IMG/VR virus record: IMGVR_UViG_3300025168_014097
Span: 17,686-81,685 of that record
Source of the DNA: a virus
DNA length: 64,000 nucleotides
Direction: 5' to 3' (one strand)
Part shown: one piece after another, positions 48,434 to 58,914 of the stretch
Numbering within the stretch: position 1 is the stretch's first letter
Layout of the letters: every line of letters begins with the position of its first letter
The notes under the pieces: generated by a model
What the model was told of the DNA's origin: nothing
Database searches by the model: none
What the model saw: only the letters and a program-made list of their open reading frames with translations
Translations under genes and position numbers: made by a program

Positions 48434-51400
48434 TAGAATTTACCTCCTGCTATTCCAGTTAAAAATTTTCCAGCTCCTGATTTTGCAAAAGCTCCTGCTG
48501 CTCCTCCAAGGCCTAGGCCTCCCATCAATCGATCCATTGCTGATTTCTTAGGAAGTCCCGTTTCTCCATGGATCCAAGAACCATCTGGATTAATAGCTCC
48601 AAACATATCACCACCTACTTTTCTATTAGCTGATGCCATTGATGTGAAGCCTAGAGTTATATCTACAACGTGTGGTAGTTGTGCTACCTGTTTTCCTTTT
48701 GTATCAATACTTTTGTTCAGCAATGTTCCCTTTGCTAGATCTTTTACCTTATTCAATCCCGTGTTAAGTGCACCTTGTATTCCACCCGACTTAAATGAGT
48801 CTAATAATTGACCTCCAACTCCATCAGCAGCTGAACCATATCTTTCATCTTCTAGATTAATTTCCCACGGTGATGAAGTGTCTACTGTGATATTAATAGA
48901 ATCAAAAAATCCAGGTTCGTCGTTGAACCAATCTCCCAATGTTAATCCTACCACTGGTCCTATCATTTGCCCTGAAGGACTTACATGAGGATAACATAAA
49001 CTAGATAAGTAATTTATTTTTGTCCACATCATCTGAACATCATATCGCGATAATGCAGCTACTTTAAGATTAAAGCTTAGTTTTCTATCCGAAGCTCCTT
49101 CATATAAATATAAATTACTTGGTCTTCCAATATATTTCACTCCTGTCCAAGATGCACCGAGTGAATCGTTTATAGCTGTTATATACGATCTGAATCTTAG
49201 CATTTTACCTCCAATTGGATCTTTAATATAGAATTTTATTAAATCTCCATAATCCTTTTCAAAAGATTCTATATTAGTCCCGCTAATCGTTTGCTGTGTA
49301 ATTGCATCACCTCCATATGGAGCTACTTTTGAAGTAGGTTGTCTATAATCTCTACGCATTAATCCAGGTTTACCTTGATTATACGATCCTCCTCTTGCAA
49401 ATAAATTATTTACTGGATAATTTGCTATAGTAGCTTCACCATAGAATCCTGCTAATGGATCGTTTATTAATGCTCTAAAATCTACATGCATCATTGAGCC
49501 TGCACTCGCCATTGCTCCTGCTACCATAAGTCCTGGATATCCTAATACCGAGTAGTATTTGTTTGATGTTGAATTTCCATTAGAGATCATATTAGTTACC
49601 TCAGGGAACCATCCATCTGCTATAGAGCTTCCACCAGCTGCAATTCCAAAATGCTCAAGTCCTTTATGTAGACCTCTATTTCCTTGTAGGGTATAGCTAT
49701 TATGAGTTTCCCAAACTCTATAATTTTTGCCTCCCTTCCGTTTCATCATTTTCTTTAATTCATCCACTCCCATTTTAGCTGAGGATATATTTCTTCCTGC
49801 TAGCATTGGGAATGCACTTTCCGCCCACGATTCTACTTCACCACTCCTTATGCTTTTTGCAACAAAATCTCCATATCGTTCACCGATCGGGAGTATACTT
49901 GCATCGTAGTTTGTTTGAATTTCTAGTGGTTTGCTTCCTAAAGGTACTCCATATTCAGCTGCTCCATTACCGTATAATTTAGGTAGATCGTCTCTTACTG
50001 CTTGTGAGATTGTAGGATTTGATACGGTAGTATCCATTCCATATGCACCTAAGCGGTGGATATACACACCTCCTGCAGTACGTGACAATTGAGCTTGTAA
50101 TTCTTCACTAATAAATTCCAAATTATTACTAGCATTTGTTTGAAGATAGTTTATAGGATTAGTTTGATTAGTCGTAAATTGTTTTAGAACTCCTGGTGTT
50201 AGATGATTATTTTCATCATATGCTATTGCAGTAGAATCTCCAACATTTGCATCACCTGGTGTAGAGTCCGTACCAAATGCTGATTGATAAATTCCTATAT
50301 GACTATATTGAGCACCTAATCCTGGATGTGTATACGCTTCTCCTTCAATTCCTATATAATTAGATCCCTCTTCTCCTCCTGCTGAGAAATTTTGCATCAT
50401 ATTCGGTGAAAATGAAAATATTCCATCTTCTATTTGAGTTTCTAACGAAATTGCTTCTTCTATGAGTGTTGGATCCAATATTCCAATTTGCTCATATGTC
50501 TTTCCTCCAAATAATGAAGTACTTATTACTTGACTATTATCTAAAGTTGATTGATCGAATGAGTTTTTTATACCAGTTATCGTAACCGTACTAATTGGTG
50601 TAAGAGTATCTTGCCCGTCTACTACAAATGTTTGTACCATATCCAATCCTGCTTTTGATGAGTCATTTTGAAATAAGGTATCTATGTTCCCAGTATGCAA
50701 TCCAGTTATTGTAACATCAGCATATGGTGAAGTTGTAGATGATGGTACCGTAAATGTCTGTCCTTGATTTGATAGTATTGCATTTGTAATTATATCATAT
50801 CCAAAATTAAATACTACTGAATTGGAGTCAGTTGAATTGAAAGGTATTGTATAATTAGCCGGAATTGGAACTAGTCCATCCATATATGTGTCTGGTTGTG
50901 TTTCTGGAGCTCCTAAAATATTTGATAATGAGTATTGCGTTACTCCGTCCGGATCTACATATCCTATTAAGCCGTTAATATACGATGTATCATATAAATT
51001 TTTAACCACATCAAATAATTCAGTAGTAGGATCTATCAAATATGATATTCCTCGCAATGGTTGGTCGATTGAAGGAATAGATAAGCTATATGCTAGATCA
51101 CTTTCAGTTACATGATCGTGTATAATAGTATTACCAACTTCAATTCCATCTACCGTCAATGTATCTACTGTATCTACTGCACTTCGTCGTGTTCCATGTC
51201 CCATATTACCGTTTAATATTGAATATTCCGGTAAAGGAAAGAATTTTGGAGTAGGTTGCAAGGATGTTATGTTACTATACATGCTATTTGCAGTACTAGG
51301 AATACGTCCATTGTAATCTAAGAATGTGTTAGCTTCATTTATGCTAACCAATCCAGGGACTCCGAATGAATCCATTACTACCGTTTTACCATATTGGAAT

Positions 51401-52035
51401 ATGGCTGGGCCTTCTTCATCTGGATTTTGGATTCCAAATGTTGTCGTATTTTTTATCTCTATGATGCTTGGAAGATTATTACCATTTGTATCTATTTTTG
51501 CATGGCGGCCTTCTAATATCGATTCTATTGGTTCTACATTGCTTGTTTCAAATCTACCCTTCAATACGGATATAAGTGGATCTATACCACTTACTGTGAA
51601 CCTCCCCGTTGGATCTAAGTCCGGGATAACTACAGTAGAACTATCATTTCTACCTTGAGGATTTGTTTGTTGTGGATCAACCGTACTAGTTTCATTGTTG
51701 CCGGAAGTTGGTACTTCAGTTACTTTTACTGGGCTTGATTCAAACCTTCCTTCCAATTGTGTCTTAGTTATATCTACAGATGCTAATCGTACTAACCGTG
51801 ATTCAAAATTATCTGTATATCTTTTATGTGTGTCGGGTTGATCAAAATTTGTTGGAATTATTGGATTACCGGCTACATCGTTTTGTATCTCTGGACGTTT
51901 GTACGTTTCCAGCTTTCCATGAACGTCTAAATCGGACATAGTTCTATCTGGTTGTTGAAACCTTCCCGTTGGTTTAGGTGGATCTTTCTTTTTGAAATAA
52001 TCCGATAAATCTGATGTTAAGTTTTTTAATGCCAT
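48433..52035 (-). CDS. Tail tube initiator-like protein with very long N-terminal extension
   Basis: C-terminal FRSYITAINDS..ASW...YIGR....Y.G..RKLSFNL...P...LTLGD. Lies between the tape measure and LysM genes. Confidence 0.6.
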   Translation of the reverse strand: MALKNLTSDLSDYFKKKDPPKPTGRFQQPDRTMSDLDVHGKLETYKRPEIQNDVAGNPIIPTNFDQPDTHKRYTDNFESRLVRLASVDITKTQLEGRFESSPVKVTEVPTSGNNETSTVDPQQTNPQGRNDSSTVVIPDLDPTGRFTVSGIDPLISVLKGRFETSNVEPIESILEGRHAKIDTNGNNLPSIIEIKNTTTFGIQNPDEEGPAIFQYGKTVVMDSFGVPGLVSINEANTFLDYNGRIPSTANSMYSNITSLQPTPKFFPLPEYSILNGNMGHGTRRSAVDTVDTLTVDGIEVGNTIIHDHVTESDLAYSLSIPSIDQPLRGISYLIDPTTELFDVVKNLYDTSYINGLIGYVDPDGVTQYSLSNILGAPETQPDTYMDGLVPIPANYTIPFNSTDSNSVVFNFGYDIITNAILSNQGQTFTVPSSTTSPYADVTITGLHTGNIDTLFQNDSSKAGLDMVQTFVVDGQDTLTPISTVTITGIKNSFDQSTLDNSQVISTSLFGGKTYEQIGILDPTLIEEAISLETQIEDGIFSFSPNMMQNFSAGGEEGSNYIGIEGEAYTHPGLGAQYSHIGIYQSAFGTDSTPGDANVGDSTAIAYDENNHLTPGVLKQFTTNQTNPINYLQTNASNNLEFISEELQAQLSRTAGGVYIHRLGAYGMDTTVSNPTISQAVRDDLPKLYGNGAAEYGVPLGSKPLEIQTNYDASILPIGERYGDFVAKSIRSGEVESWAESAFPMLAGRNISSAKMGVDELKKMMKRKGGKNYRVWETHNSYTLQGNRGLHKGLEHFGIAAGGSSIADGWFPEVTNMISNGNSTSNKYYSVLGYPGLMVAGAMASAGSMMHVDFRALINDPLAGFYGEATIANYPVNNLFARGGSYNQGKPGLMRRDYRQPTSKVAPYGGDAITQQTISGTNIESFEKDYGDLIKFYIKDPIGGKMLRFRSYITAINDSLGASWTGVKYIGRPSNLYLYEGASDRKLSFNLKVAALSRYDVQMMWTKINYLSSLCYPHVSPSGQMIGPVVGLTLGDWFNDEPGFFDSINITVDTSSPWEINLEDERYGSAADGVGGQLLDSFKSGGIQGALNTGLNKVKDLAKGTLLNKSIDTKGKQVAQLPHVVDITLGFTSMASANRKVGGDMFGAINPDGSWIHGETGLPKKSAMDRLMGGLGLGGAAGAFAKSGAGKFLTGIAGGKF
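51487..51750 (-). repeat. Degenerate 48-bp / 16-aa protein repeat (GR-F/N-E/D-T/S-S...), about 5.5 units
   Basis: GRFESSPVKVTEVPTS / GNNETSTVDPQQTNPQ / GRNDSSTVVIPDLDPT / GRFTVSGIDPLISVLK / GRFETSNVEPIESILE / GRHAK, with an exact 16-residue period. Confidence 0.75.
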
Positions 52036-52044
52036 TTATTATTC

Positions 52045-54093
52045 TTACTGTACGTAGCTTTTTGACATTGATAATGCCTCGCCAACTAAACGTCCATCTA
52101 ATTTTACTTCACCTGGTTGAGCTAGTAAACTTGCTATATTATTTAATGCAGTTAGAATAGCTTGGTTACTTTCACTTCCTCCACGTCCTAATGCTTGATC
52201 TAGTTTAGTTCCTCCTATTACTAAATCGTCTTTTCGGAACCGTCTCGTTCTACCTCCTCGTGATATGAAATCTGCATCAACTTGATCACTTCTTCCTCCA
52301 GTTCTTTCTGATTCTGTGGTAGTCACGTCTCTATACACTATCCCAGCATCGATAGCTAATGAAGCTGCAGAACCTACTCCAGGAGCCACTATATTAGCTA
52401 GGTTTGCAAGTCCTGAAGCTATCTCCATTCCAGCTCCTACATAATCACCTTTAGAAAATCTTGAGACTGCGAACCCAAAACTTACTAGTGAACCAATAAT
52501 AGGTAGCTTTTTGAATACTTTTAGAAATTTTGGTCCCCATTTACCAACTGCAGTTGAAGCTTTTGTAAACATAGCTGATATTGTTTGGCCAAATAAGGGT
52601 TTGATCTTAGTAAAGATACTTCCAATATTTGTCAACATATTTTTGGCTATAGTTGAGAATATTCCACCCAATTGCTGATGCATTGCTGTTGCTTTGTCAA
52701 TCACCCATTTCATCGCGCTTCCTATTCCTCTAATAGCACCAGTAATAAGACTGGTTTTTTCTTCAGCCGCTTCAGCTTCTTTACCTCCGAGTACACCCAT
52801 AAGCCATTTAGCAGCATCTATCACGTAGGGCAATACTTCTTTTCCAAATTTTACAAACTTTTTTACCAATTCTGTTATTTGCTTTTTACCTTTATCGGAT
52901 GAGATCCACGCCATAAACTCCTCAGCTGGTCCTCTCATTATTTCTGCTAAGATTTTTCCCATCTGATGCATACGATCGTTAAGTGCTTCCATAGTGGTTG
53001 CAATCATTTTAACACCTTTCGCTTGATCCATTTGGGTATTTCTCATATCATCAGCACGTTTTTCTTCTAAATCTTTTTCCTTATCTTTTACTCCTAGAGA
53101 TTTTTTCAATTCAACTAGTCCCATACCAGTTGCAGCTGCTAATGATTTCTGTTGAATAACGTTCATCTTGTTGAATTCACCAATACCACCTACTTGTGAC
53201 AGCATTTCTTTTGCTGCTCCAACTGTATCACCTTGTAAAGCAAGGCCTCTTGCTTTGTCAAAATTTAATGTCTTACCAGTAAGAATCTGAGCTTCCATTT
53301 CCTTTTCAATACTAGATTCAAAATCTAATAAACTGTCTGCTACCTTTGCCGTTGCGGATAGAGATAGACCTAAACGTCTAGCTTCTATTGTCGCCTTTAC
53401 TAATTCTTCTGGATTAGATCCAAGATATCCCGAAACATCATCTGTTATATTTGCTAGATCATCCATTACTAAATTAATTGGCACACCAGCCGCGTTTGAT
53501 AAATCTTTTGCAAAGTTCTGTGCTTGTATTGCTGTATCTTCCGTTGCGCCTTGTGTTAGCATCATAGTAGATAGGATTTTAGCTGAAGTATCTTTACCAA
53601 TTCCCGCACCTAATGAGAATCTAGTTATGTGATCAGCTGATTTTCCAGTTGCGTAATCTACATTACCCATTGCATTATGCAGTCCAGTAACAGTTTGTAT
53701 ACTACCATCTATTCCTTCACCAAACATTCTATACCTTTCATGTAGCTGGCTGACTGTTTTTGATGTTTCTTTAAGGTTAGAGCCCATCAATCCAGTGGCT
53801 CGAGCTGTTGCAGTTGCTCTTACTTCAGACTCAGTTAAATACTTTAACGATAATGCAAATAAACCAACCATCCCTTTCAATGGATTCATTATACCACCAA
53901 CCACTGCGGCTCCTACAGCTGCAAGTTTGGTACCAATCTCTCCAGTTTGCTCTGCAATATTTTTAGTCGTGTTTGCAACGTCAGACATTCTTTTTCCAAT
54001 GTTATTTTTAACAGAGGAACCAGCTTGTTTCACCGCTCCTGCAAATTTCTTTGTTCCAGAAATTGCTTGTTGAAATTTTGATTTTATTTCCAT
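52045..54093 (-). CDS. Tape measure protein
   Basis: Ala/Gly/Lys-rich helical protein with LLDFESSIEKEMEA..LTGK.LN and C-terminal LDGRLVG; follows the tube and chaperone genes. Confidence 0.78.
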   Translation of the reverse strand: MEIKSKFQQAISGTKKFAGAVKQAGSSVKNNIGKRMSDVANTTKNIAEQTGEIGTKLAAVGAAVVGGIMNPLKGMVGLFALSLKYLTESEVRATATARATGLMGSNLKETSKTVSQLHERYRMFGEGIDGSIQTVTGLHNAMGNVDYATGKSADHITRFSLGAGIGKDTSAKILSTMMLTQGATEDTAIQAQNFAKDLSNAAGVPINLVMDDLANITDDVSGYLGSNPEELVKATIEARRLGLSLSATAKVADSLLDFESSIEKEMEAQILTGKTLNFDKARGLALQGDTVGAAKEMLSQVGGIGEFNKMNVIQQKSLAAATGMGLVELKKSLGVKDKEKDLEEKRADDMRNTQMDQAKGVKMIATTMEALNDRMHQMGKILAEIMRGPAEEFMAWISSDKGKKQITELVKKFVKFGKEVLPYVIDAAKWLMGVLGGKEAEAAEEKTSLITGAIRGIGSAMKWVIDKATAMHQQLGGIFSTIAKNMLTNIGSIFTKIKPLFGQTISAMFTKASTAVGKWGPKFLKVFKKLPIIGSLVSFGFAVSRFSKGDYVGAGMEIASGLANLANIVAPGVGSAASLAIDAGIVYRDVTTTESERTGGRSDQVDADFISRGGRTRRFRKDDLVIGGTKLDQALGRGGSESNQAILTALNNIASLLAQPGEVKLDGRLVGEALSMSKSYVQ

Positions 54094-54111
54094 GTATAGT
54101 CTCCGTGCGTA

Positions 54112-54120
54112 TATAAATAT
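54112..54120 (-). promoter_or_regulatory. Putative late promoter motif ATATTTATA upstream of the tape measure gene
   Basis: The same 9-mer occurs in gaps upstream of several structural genes. Confidence 0.5.
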
Positions 54121-54136
54121 CGAGGAGATGGAATAA

Positions 54137-54431
54137 TTACCTTCTGGTTACCTTAGGATTAATCGTTATATTTTTTGATGGTTTAATATCCGGTCGTTGA
54201 ATTGCGTTTGAAGTTTGTTGATTTTTTGCAAAGTTTTTATTTTCATTATTGAACTTTTCTTGATCATCATTCTGTCTATCAATCGCTTCATTTACTAATT
54301 GAATGTAGTTTCGTCGCATCCATATAGGCATATGATATACTTCATTATGAGTAAATCCTTTTCCATGATACGTTAAATCAAAAATTTGTTGAAATAAGTG
54401 TTTTCTGTAGCTAAGACTTAGGCCAAAAAAA
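54137..54431 (-). CDS. Tail assembly chaperone C-terminal extension (gpT / gp51-like), probably reached by frameshift
   Basis: FFGLSLSYRKHLFQQIFDLTYHGKGFTHNEVYHMPIWMRRNY. No well-placed start codon; overlaps the upstream gene at a GGG-T7 run. Confidence 0.65.
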
Positions 54432-55238
54432 CCCGGCGGTGATCGGGAAATCCGACACCTCCTCATAATCACATTTATCACATTCAAAATCAAACGTCAT
54501 ATCACTGTCCGGTGTAATCGATTTTATTTCTGTTCTGAAAGCTTGGGAATCTCTTGATAGAAATTCATTATCAACAAAATTTTCTATATATGATTGCTCA
54601 TCATTTCCATCAACCTGTGTGATGCAACATTTCATTCTAGTTGTCAACTCTGGATCTATCCCCGATCTTTTTGTTTTCTTTTTTGCCAATTTCAATAAGT
54701 CATCAACTTTACGTTCTAATCCATGCGTCATCAATTGGTATTGAATTGTTCGCTTAGATGCAGGTAATGTCATTTCGAATCGTTGAGTTCCTTTGGTATG
54801 TTTATCGAATGCTAATTCTTTATCTTCTACTTCTGATAAGTTTAGAACTTGATGTGATTTTGCACCACAACTTGGGCATGTAGTTTCAAACGGATAATCT
54901 GATCCATACGCTAGAATACGTCCAGCTATCATTAACGCGTTTTTATCACCTATCAGCAAATCATTATAATTGATTTTAGATACTATAATAGACTGCATAA
55001 ATTTATCTACTACAGTTCCTTGCTTAATGAGATTTTGCGATGTTAGTATATCCTCTTCTTTAGCAGTTGGATATTTTATTTCTAACATTCCCGATGATAA
55101 CGGTCCTTCTGGATCGTAAAAATACCCTTTACTTGGTAGTTCTATTGTTTCTGTTGGGAATTTGTAATCATCCGATTGGATTGATTCTGCTACGAGTTTT
55201 AATTTTAACTCATCATCTGATAGTTTGTTCTGTGCCAT
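54411..55238 (-). CDS. Tail/baseplate assembly chaperone (gp26 / gpG-like)
   Basis: ELPSKGYFY, TAKEEDIL, GD...R..AYG, two CxxC pairs, ends FFWP. Lies between the tube and tape measure genes. Confidence 0.75.
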   Translation of the reverse strand: MAQNKLSDDELKLKLVAESIQSDDYKFPTETIELPSKGYFYDPEGPLSSGMLEIKYPTAKEEDILTSQNLIKQGTVVDKFMQSIIVSKINYNDLLIGDKNALMIAGRILAYGSDYPFETTCPSCGAKSHQVLNLSEVEDKELAFDKHTKGTQRFEMTLPASKRTIQYQLMTHGLERKVDDLLKLAKKKTKRSGIDPELTTRMKCCITQVDGNDEQSYIENFVDNEFLSRDSQAFRTEIKSITPDSDMTFDFECDKCDYEEVSDFPITAGFFWPKS

Positions 55239-55287
55239 AACTTTTTCTCCTTAATTAATTGGTCTATATATACATATGTATGCAAAC

Positions 55288-55320
55288 AGAAAAATGCCCA
55301 AAAATATGGGCATCTTTTCT
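55288..55320 (-). terminator. Rho-independent terminator after the tail tube gene
   Basis: ATGCCCA/TGGGCAT stem followed by TTTTCTGTTT on the minus strand. Confidence 0.7.
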
Positions 55321-55338
55321 TTATTATATATTTTACTA

Positions 55339-55827
55339 TTAGAATTGTAAGATTGCGTAGTCGTATTTCAGTGTTAATGAGATTGCCATTGGATCTTGTG
55401 TCGACCAATCCATTTCACCAAATCCTGCTTCACCAATGTAAGCTCCTTTTAACGTCCATTCTTCTACCTTATCACCTACTGGTCCTAACATATTGAAAGT
55501 TACATCTTTCTTATAAAAATCTGAGTATCCTGCTCTACCCGTAACAGATTCATGGTGTAGTCTAACCCATTCCATAACAGCTTGAGCTGCTGATGGTACA
55601 ACTGGATCGTATAATTCTACCGTTACATCCGACCACGTCGCTTTACCTTTGATTTTTCTTTGTACATTGATGTGATCTAATACGATCTCTTCAAATGTTA
55701 CTGTAGGTCTTGACGCTTTTCTTACAAGATAAGCTGGGATACCTTCAATAAACATAATGAATCTATTCGCAACCTTTGGTTCAAAGGGTGTAAAGAATAT
55801 TTCATTTGAGTCTAATAATTGTGCCAT
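55339..55827 (-). CDS. Tail tube protein (gp19-like)
   Basis: FEPK..NRF, KGKATW, LYDP, VMEW, YKKD, EEWTLKGA, LTLKYD; directly follows the sheath gene. Confidence 0.88.
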   Translation of the reverse strand: MAQLLDSNEIFFTPFEPKVANRFIMFIEGIPAYLVRKASRPTVTFEEIVLDHINVQRKIKGKATWSDVTVELYDPVVPSAAQAVMEWVRLHHESVTGRAGYSDFYKKDVTFNMLGPVGDKVEEWTLKGAYIGEAGFGEMDWSTQDPMAISLTLKYDYAILQF

Positions 55828-55845
55828 CTAAGTTCTCCTCTTTAA

Positions 55846-55854
55846 TATAAATAT
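55846..55854 (-). promoter_or_regulatory. Putative late promoter motif ATATTTATA upstream of the tube gene
   Basis: The motif is followed by a GAGGAG RBS and the ATG. Confidence 0.5.
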
Positions 55855-55869
55855 CTATCTTCCCTAGTT

Positions 55870-58473
55870 TTACTCAGGAAAAGTAGCTCCTGTTGGTAAT
55901 ACTGTGAAGTCTAATACAATAAATTCTGCTGTTCTTGTTGGTTGAATCATTATATTACCTACTAATTTGTTTCTATCTACTACATCTGGTGTGTTGTTAG
56001 TTTCATCCATTACTACTTTAAATGCATGTAATCCACTTCTTTGTTGTACACTTTCTAAATATGGATTAACTGTACCTAAGAATCTATTTCTCGTTGCTGC
56101 AGTGTTTTGCTCAAACACTAAGAATCTTGAAGTCGATGCAATGAATTTCTTCAACGCTATTAATAATCGTCTTACGTTAATTCTATCAAGAGCTGATCTT
56201 TTCTTCTGTAAAGTCTTTTGACCCCATACACATACTCCTTGATTAGGGAATGTTGCTATTGGGTTTACTCTACCTTCATATAAAGTATCTCTCTCACCGT
56301 GAGTCAGTCTTGTAGTTGCTTCAGTAATTGCTGTTAATAATCCTCTATTAAGACCAGCTGGTGCGAACCATGGTTCTCCACCGCCTGAATCATTTCCTGC
56401 AAATACACTTGGCATGATAGCTGATGGAGGTAATGGTGTTACTACATTATTTACCGCATCATTATACATTAACCATGGGAAGTAAGTACCTGCGTAGCTT
56501 GAATCGTAATTACCTGCATCTGTTACTGCATCTGATATTGCAGTTGATACTACTTGCGATGGTGAATCATCGTATTTTGCTACATCAAATATTAAGAAAC
56601 AATCACCTCTCTGTTCAGTCTTATTGATTGCATGTGTAATTGTTGCAGAAGCATTGTCAGATATTATTCCTGGCAGTGTCAATAAGTTGATATCATACTC
56701 GTCTTGATTTGATAGAGCATTAATTGCTTTTTTATATGCTTTTGTTCCTTCTGAAGTTGAATCGGTAAAGTCCATTCCAAATGTATTTGTTGTTGTCATG
56801 CTTTTACCAGTTAGAGCAACTTGTGCAGGGTGTTTTCCATCTTGACCGCCTTGGAAAGGAACCATAAATCTTCTTTGAAGTTGATGTGAAGTAGTTCCCA
56901 TCGAGATCAATGTTGCGTTGTCTGCTACAGTACCCGTTAATACATCTGATGCTGATACATGACCAAACATATTTGATAAATTAAAGAGTGTATTTGCTCC
57001 TACACTACTATCAGTTGATGGTGTTGGTGTAAGATAATTTACATTATCCGTTGTTGCAAAATCAAAGTTAAATCCGTAGAATACTCCTGGTTCATAAATA
57101 CCTACAGATTCTTCTTGCACTGATGTGTAAGAAGCTGATGGCATAAATCCAGATGTAGATGGAATTGCTTGTAAAAGTGGCATAAATCCAAATGGAGCGT
57201 CTGATGCTGGAATTCCTTGGTTTTTAACTGCATCTGATACCTCAACTCTGATATATCTAGATACATTTGGATAAGTGTTTACACCTATCACCTTACCTTC
57301 TGCGTTTATTTTATAATATCTATCACCAAGCCTTCTTGCAATATAATTTGTATCTCTTGGGTCTAATGTCAATCCAGTATGCTCTTCTACTACATTAGCA
57401 CTGTTATCATCTGTTGCATCGTATGTGTATGGTGAATCAAACGGTAATCCTGATTGCTTGATTGTTCTTATTTGTAAGTCGAATGTTGGATATTTTGTAT
57501 CTGTTCCACCATTCTCCGCTTTCATATTTAGAACAGCTACTTTCATCTCATAGTTTGTAGTTTCGCCATGACCTAAGTGATGTAATTTGAATAGATTTGT
57601 TCCTGCTGATCCCGTATATTGGTTTGTTATCCATGGAGTTGAAGAGCCTTTATATCCATCTGCGTATAAGTGATCTATACCACGTATTACTTTAAAAGTT
57701 GAAGCTTTTACTTGAGTTTCAGCTGTGAATGTTTTGTTGTAATATTTCACAAAAGCTTCTTTTGTAGAATTAGGGCTTGTACCTAATACTGTATCAATTG
57801 AATTATTATCTGAAGCTAGTAGAGAAGCTGATATTCCGAATGTCATTCCAGCTGCTCCTACCGTTCCATCACCTGATCCCGATACCTTAGCTGCAATTGC
57901 ATTTCCTGCAGCTGTATTACCAGATCCGGTTAAATGAAGTACAAAATTACTGAATGAAGCTGATGGAGTATTTCTATCAATTGCTTGTTTGTTAGCTGAT
58001 AACACCGCGTCTGATACTTCTACATAAGATGCTGATAAATTCAGTTCTTTGCTTGCAAGCTCATGTTCCGTTGGATATAATACTGCAACTACATTTTGTT
58101 TTTGACCATTACTTGTAAATGTATCAGATGTGGCAGCTGCCGATGCTACTGGAGTAGTGTTTGTTAGTTGTAATACTAACGGGCTCGTTACAGTTATATC
58201 TGCTGAGCTCAATACTCTTACAACAGTCATTACATTACCACCCTGCTCGAAGTATTCTCTTACAGTGTGTGGAACGTATGTTGTTGGGTTTCTTTCTAAT
58301 CCACCAAATTTTGATTCAAATTCAATATATGATGTTACTTGTGTAGGCCAGAATGCTGGGCCTTTTTGGGTTGTACCTATTACTGCTGCACCTATTTCTG
58401 CGACACCTTGCGGTATAAACGAAAGGTCCTTTTCTCGTGTGAATACACCAGGACTTACAATTCTTTCAGCCAT
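55870..58473 (-). CDS. Contractile tail sheath protein (gp18-like)
   Basis: SPGVFTREKD, KGP, PWFAPAGLNRG, WGQKTL, RINVRRLL, FEQN, PTRTAEFI. Confidence 0.95.
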   Translation of the reverse strand: MAERIVSPGVFTREKDLSFIPQGVAEIGAAVIGTTQKGPAFWPTQVTSYIEFESKFGGLERNPTTYVPHTVREYFEQGGNVMTVVRVLSSADITVTSPLVLQLTNTTPVASAAATSDTFTSNGQKQNVVAVLYPTEHELASKELNLSASYVEVSDAVLSANKQAIDRNTPSASFSNFVLHLTGSGNTAAGNAIAAKVSGSGDGTVGAAGMTFGISASLLASDNNSIDTVLGTSPNSTKEAFVKYYNKTFTAETQVKASTFKVIRGIDHLYADGYKGSSTPWITNQYTGSAGTNLFKLHHLGHGETTNYEMKVAVLNMKAENGGTDTKYPTFDLQIRTIKQSGLPFDSPYTYDATDDNSANVVEEHTGLTLDPRDTNYIARRLGDRYYKINAEGKVIGVNTYPNVSRYIRVEVSDAVKNQGIPASDAPFGFMPLLQAIPSTSGFMPSASYTSVQEESVGIYEPGVFYGFNFDFATTDNVNYLTPTPSTDSSVGANTLFNLSNMFGHVSASDVLTGTVADNATLISMGTTSHQLQRRFMVPFQGGQDGKHPAQVALTGKSMTTTNTFGMDFTDSTSEGTKAYKKAINALSNQDEYDINLLTLPGIISDNASATITHAINKTEQRGDCFLIFDVAKYDDSPSQVVSTAISDAVTDAGNYDSSYAGTYFPWLMYNDAVNNVVTPLPPSAIMPSVFAGNDSGGGEPWFAPAGLNRGLLTAITEATTRLTHGERDTLYEGRVNPIATFPNQGVCVWGQKTLQKKRSALDRINVRRLLIALKKFIASTSRFLVFEQNTAATRNRFLGTVNPYLESVQQRSGLHAFKVVMDETNNTPDVVDRNKLVGNIMIQPTRTAEFIVLDFTVLPTGATFPE

Positions 58474-58522
58474 GTTTTTTACTCCTCTAAATTATCGATA
58501 GTTATATGGGTTGTTGACCGCA

Positions 58523-58531
58523 TATAAATAT
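58523..58531 (-). promoter_or_regulatory. Putative late promoter motif ATATTTATA upstream of the sheath gene
   Basis: Same 9-mer, in an intergenic gap. Confidence 0.5.
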
Positions 58532-58552
58532 GCAGAAGTAAATCAAAACATA

Positions 58553-58840
58553 TTATTTTGCAGCTTGCGTTGGAGTAAATACACCGGTTTCTATATTAAC
58601 GTTACCTGCACCGTATTTAGTGTTTAAATCTGACACAAATTTCTTTTCTTCTGACTGAGTTGATTCATAATCTACAGTTAGTTCATCTTTACTTTGTGCT
58701 AATCTATCCATTGCTTGTTCTAATAATAGTCGATCTACTTCCAGTTGCCCCATCTTTGCTGTGATGGTTTGGTATTTTGTTTGTAAATCTTTAATCTTTG
58801 CTAATTCTTCCGAATCAAATTTTTTTTCTTCTGCGCTCAT
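58553..58840 (-). CDS. Small coiled-coil hypothetical protein
   Basis: 95 aa with a heptad pattern, ending KYGAGNVNIETGVF; GGAG RBS. Confidence 0.7.
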   Translation of the reverse strand: MSAEEKKFDSEELAKIKDLQTKYQTITAKMGQLEVDRLLLEQAMDRLAQSKDELTVDYESTQSEEKKFVSDLNTKYGAGNVNIETGVFTPTQAAK

Positions 58841-58914
58841 CTTATAACTCCTTTATTATAGTGTTTTATTCTTATTGTATATACATATATAACTGATAGG
58901 CCAAACAACGAATC

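Noticed and set aside
55205-55408. 67-aa ORF spanning the tube-chaperone gap (also 42904..43167)
   Set aside because: Alternative-frame overlaps of real genes; the first crosses a terminator hairpin.
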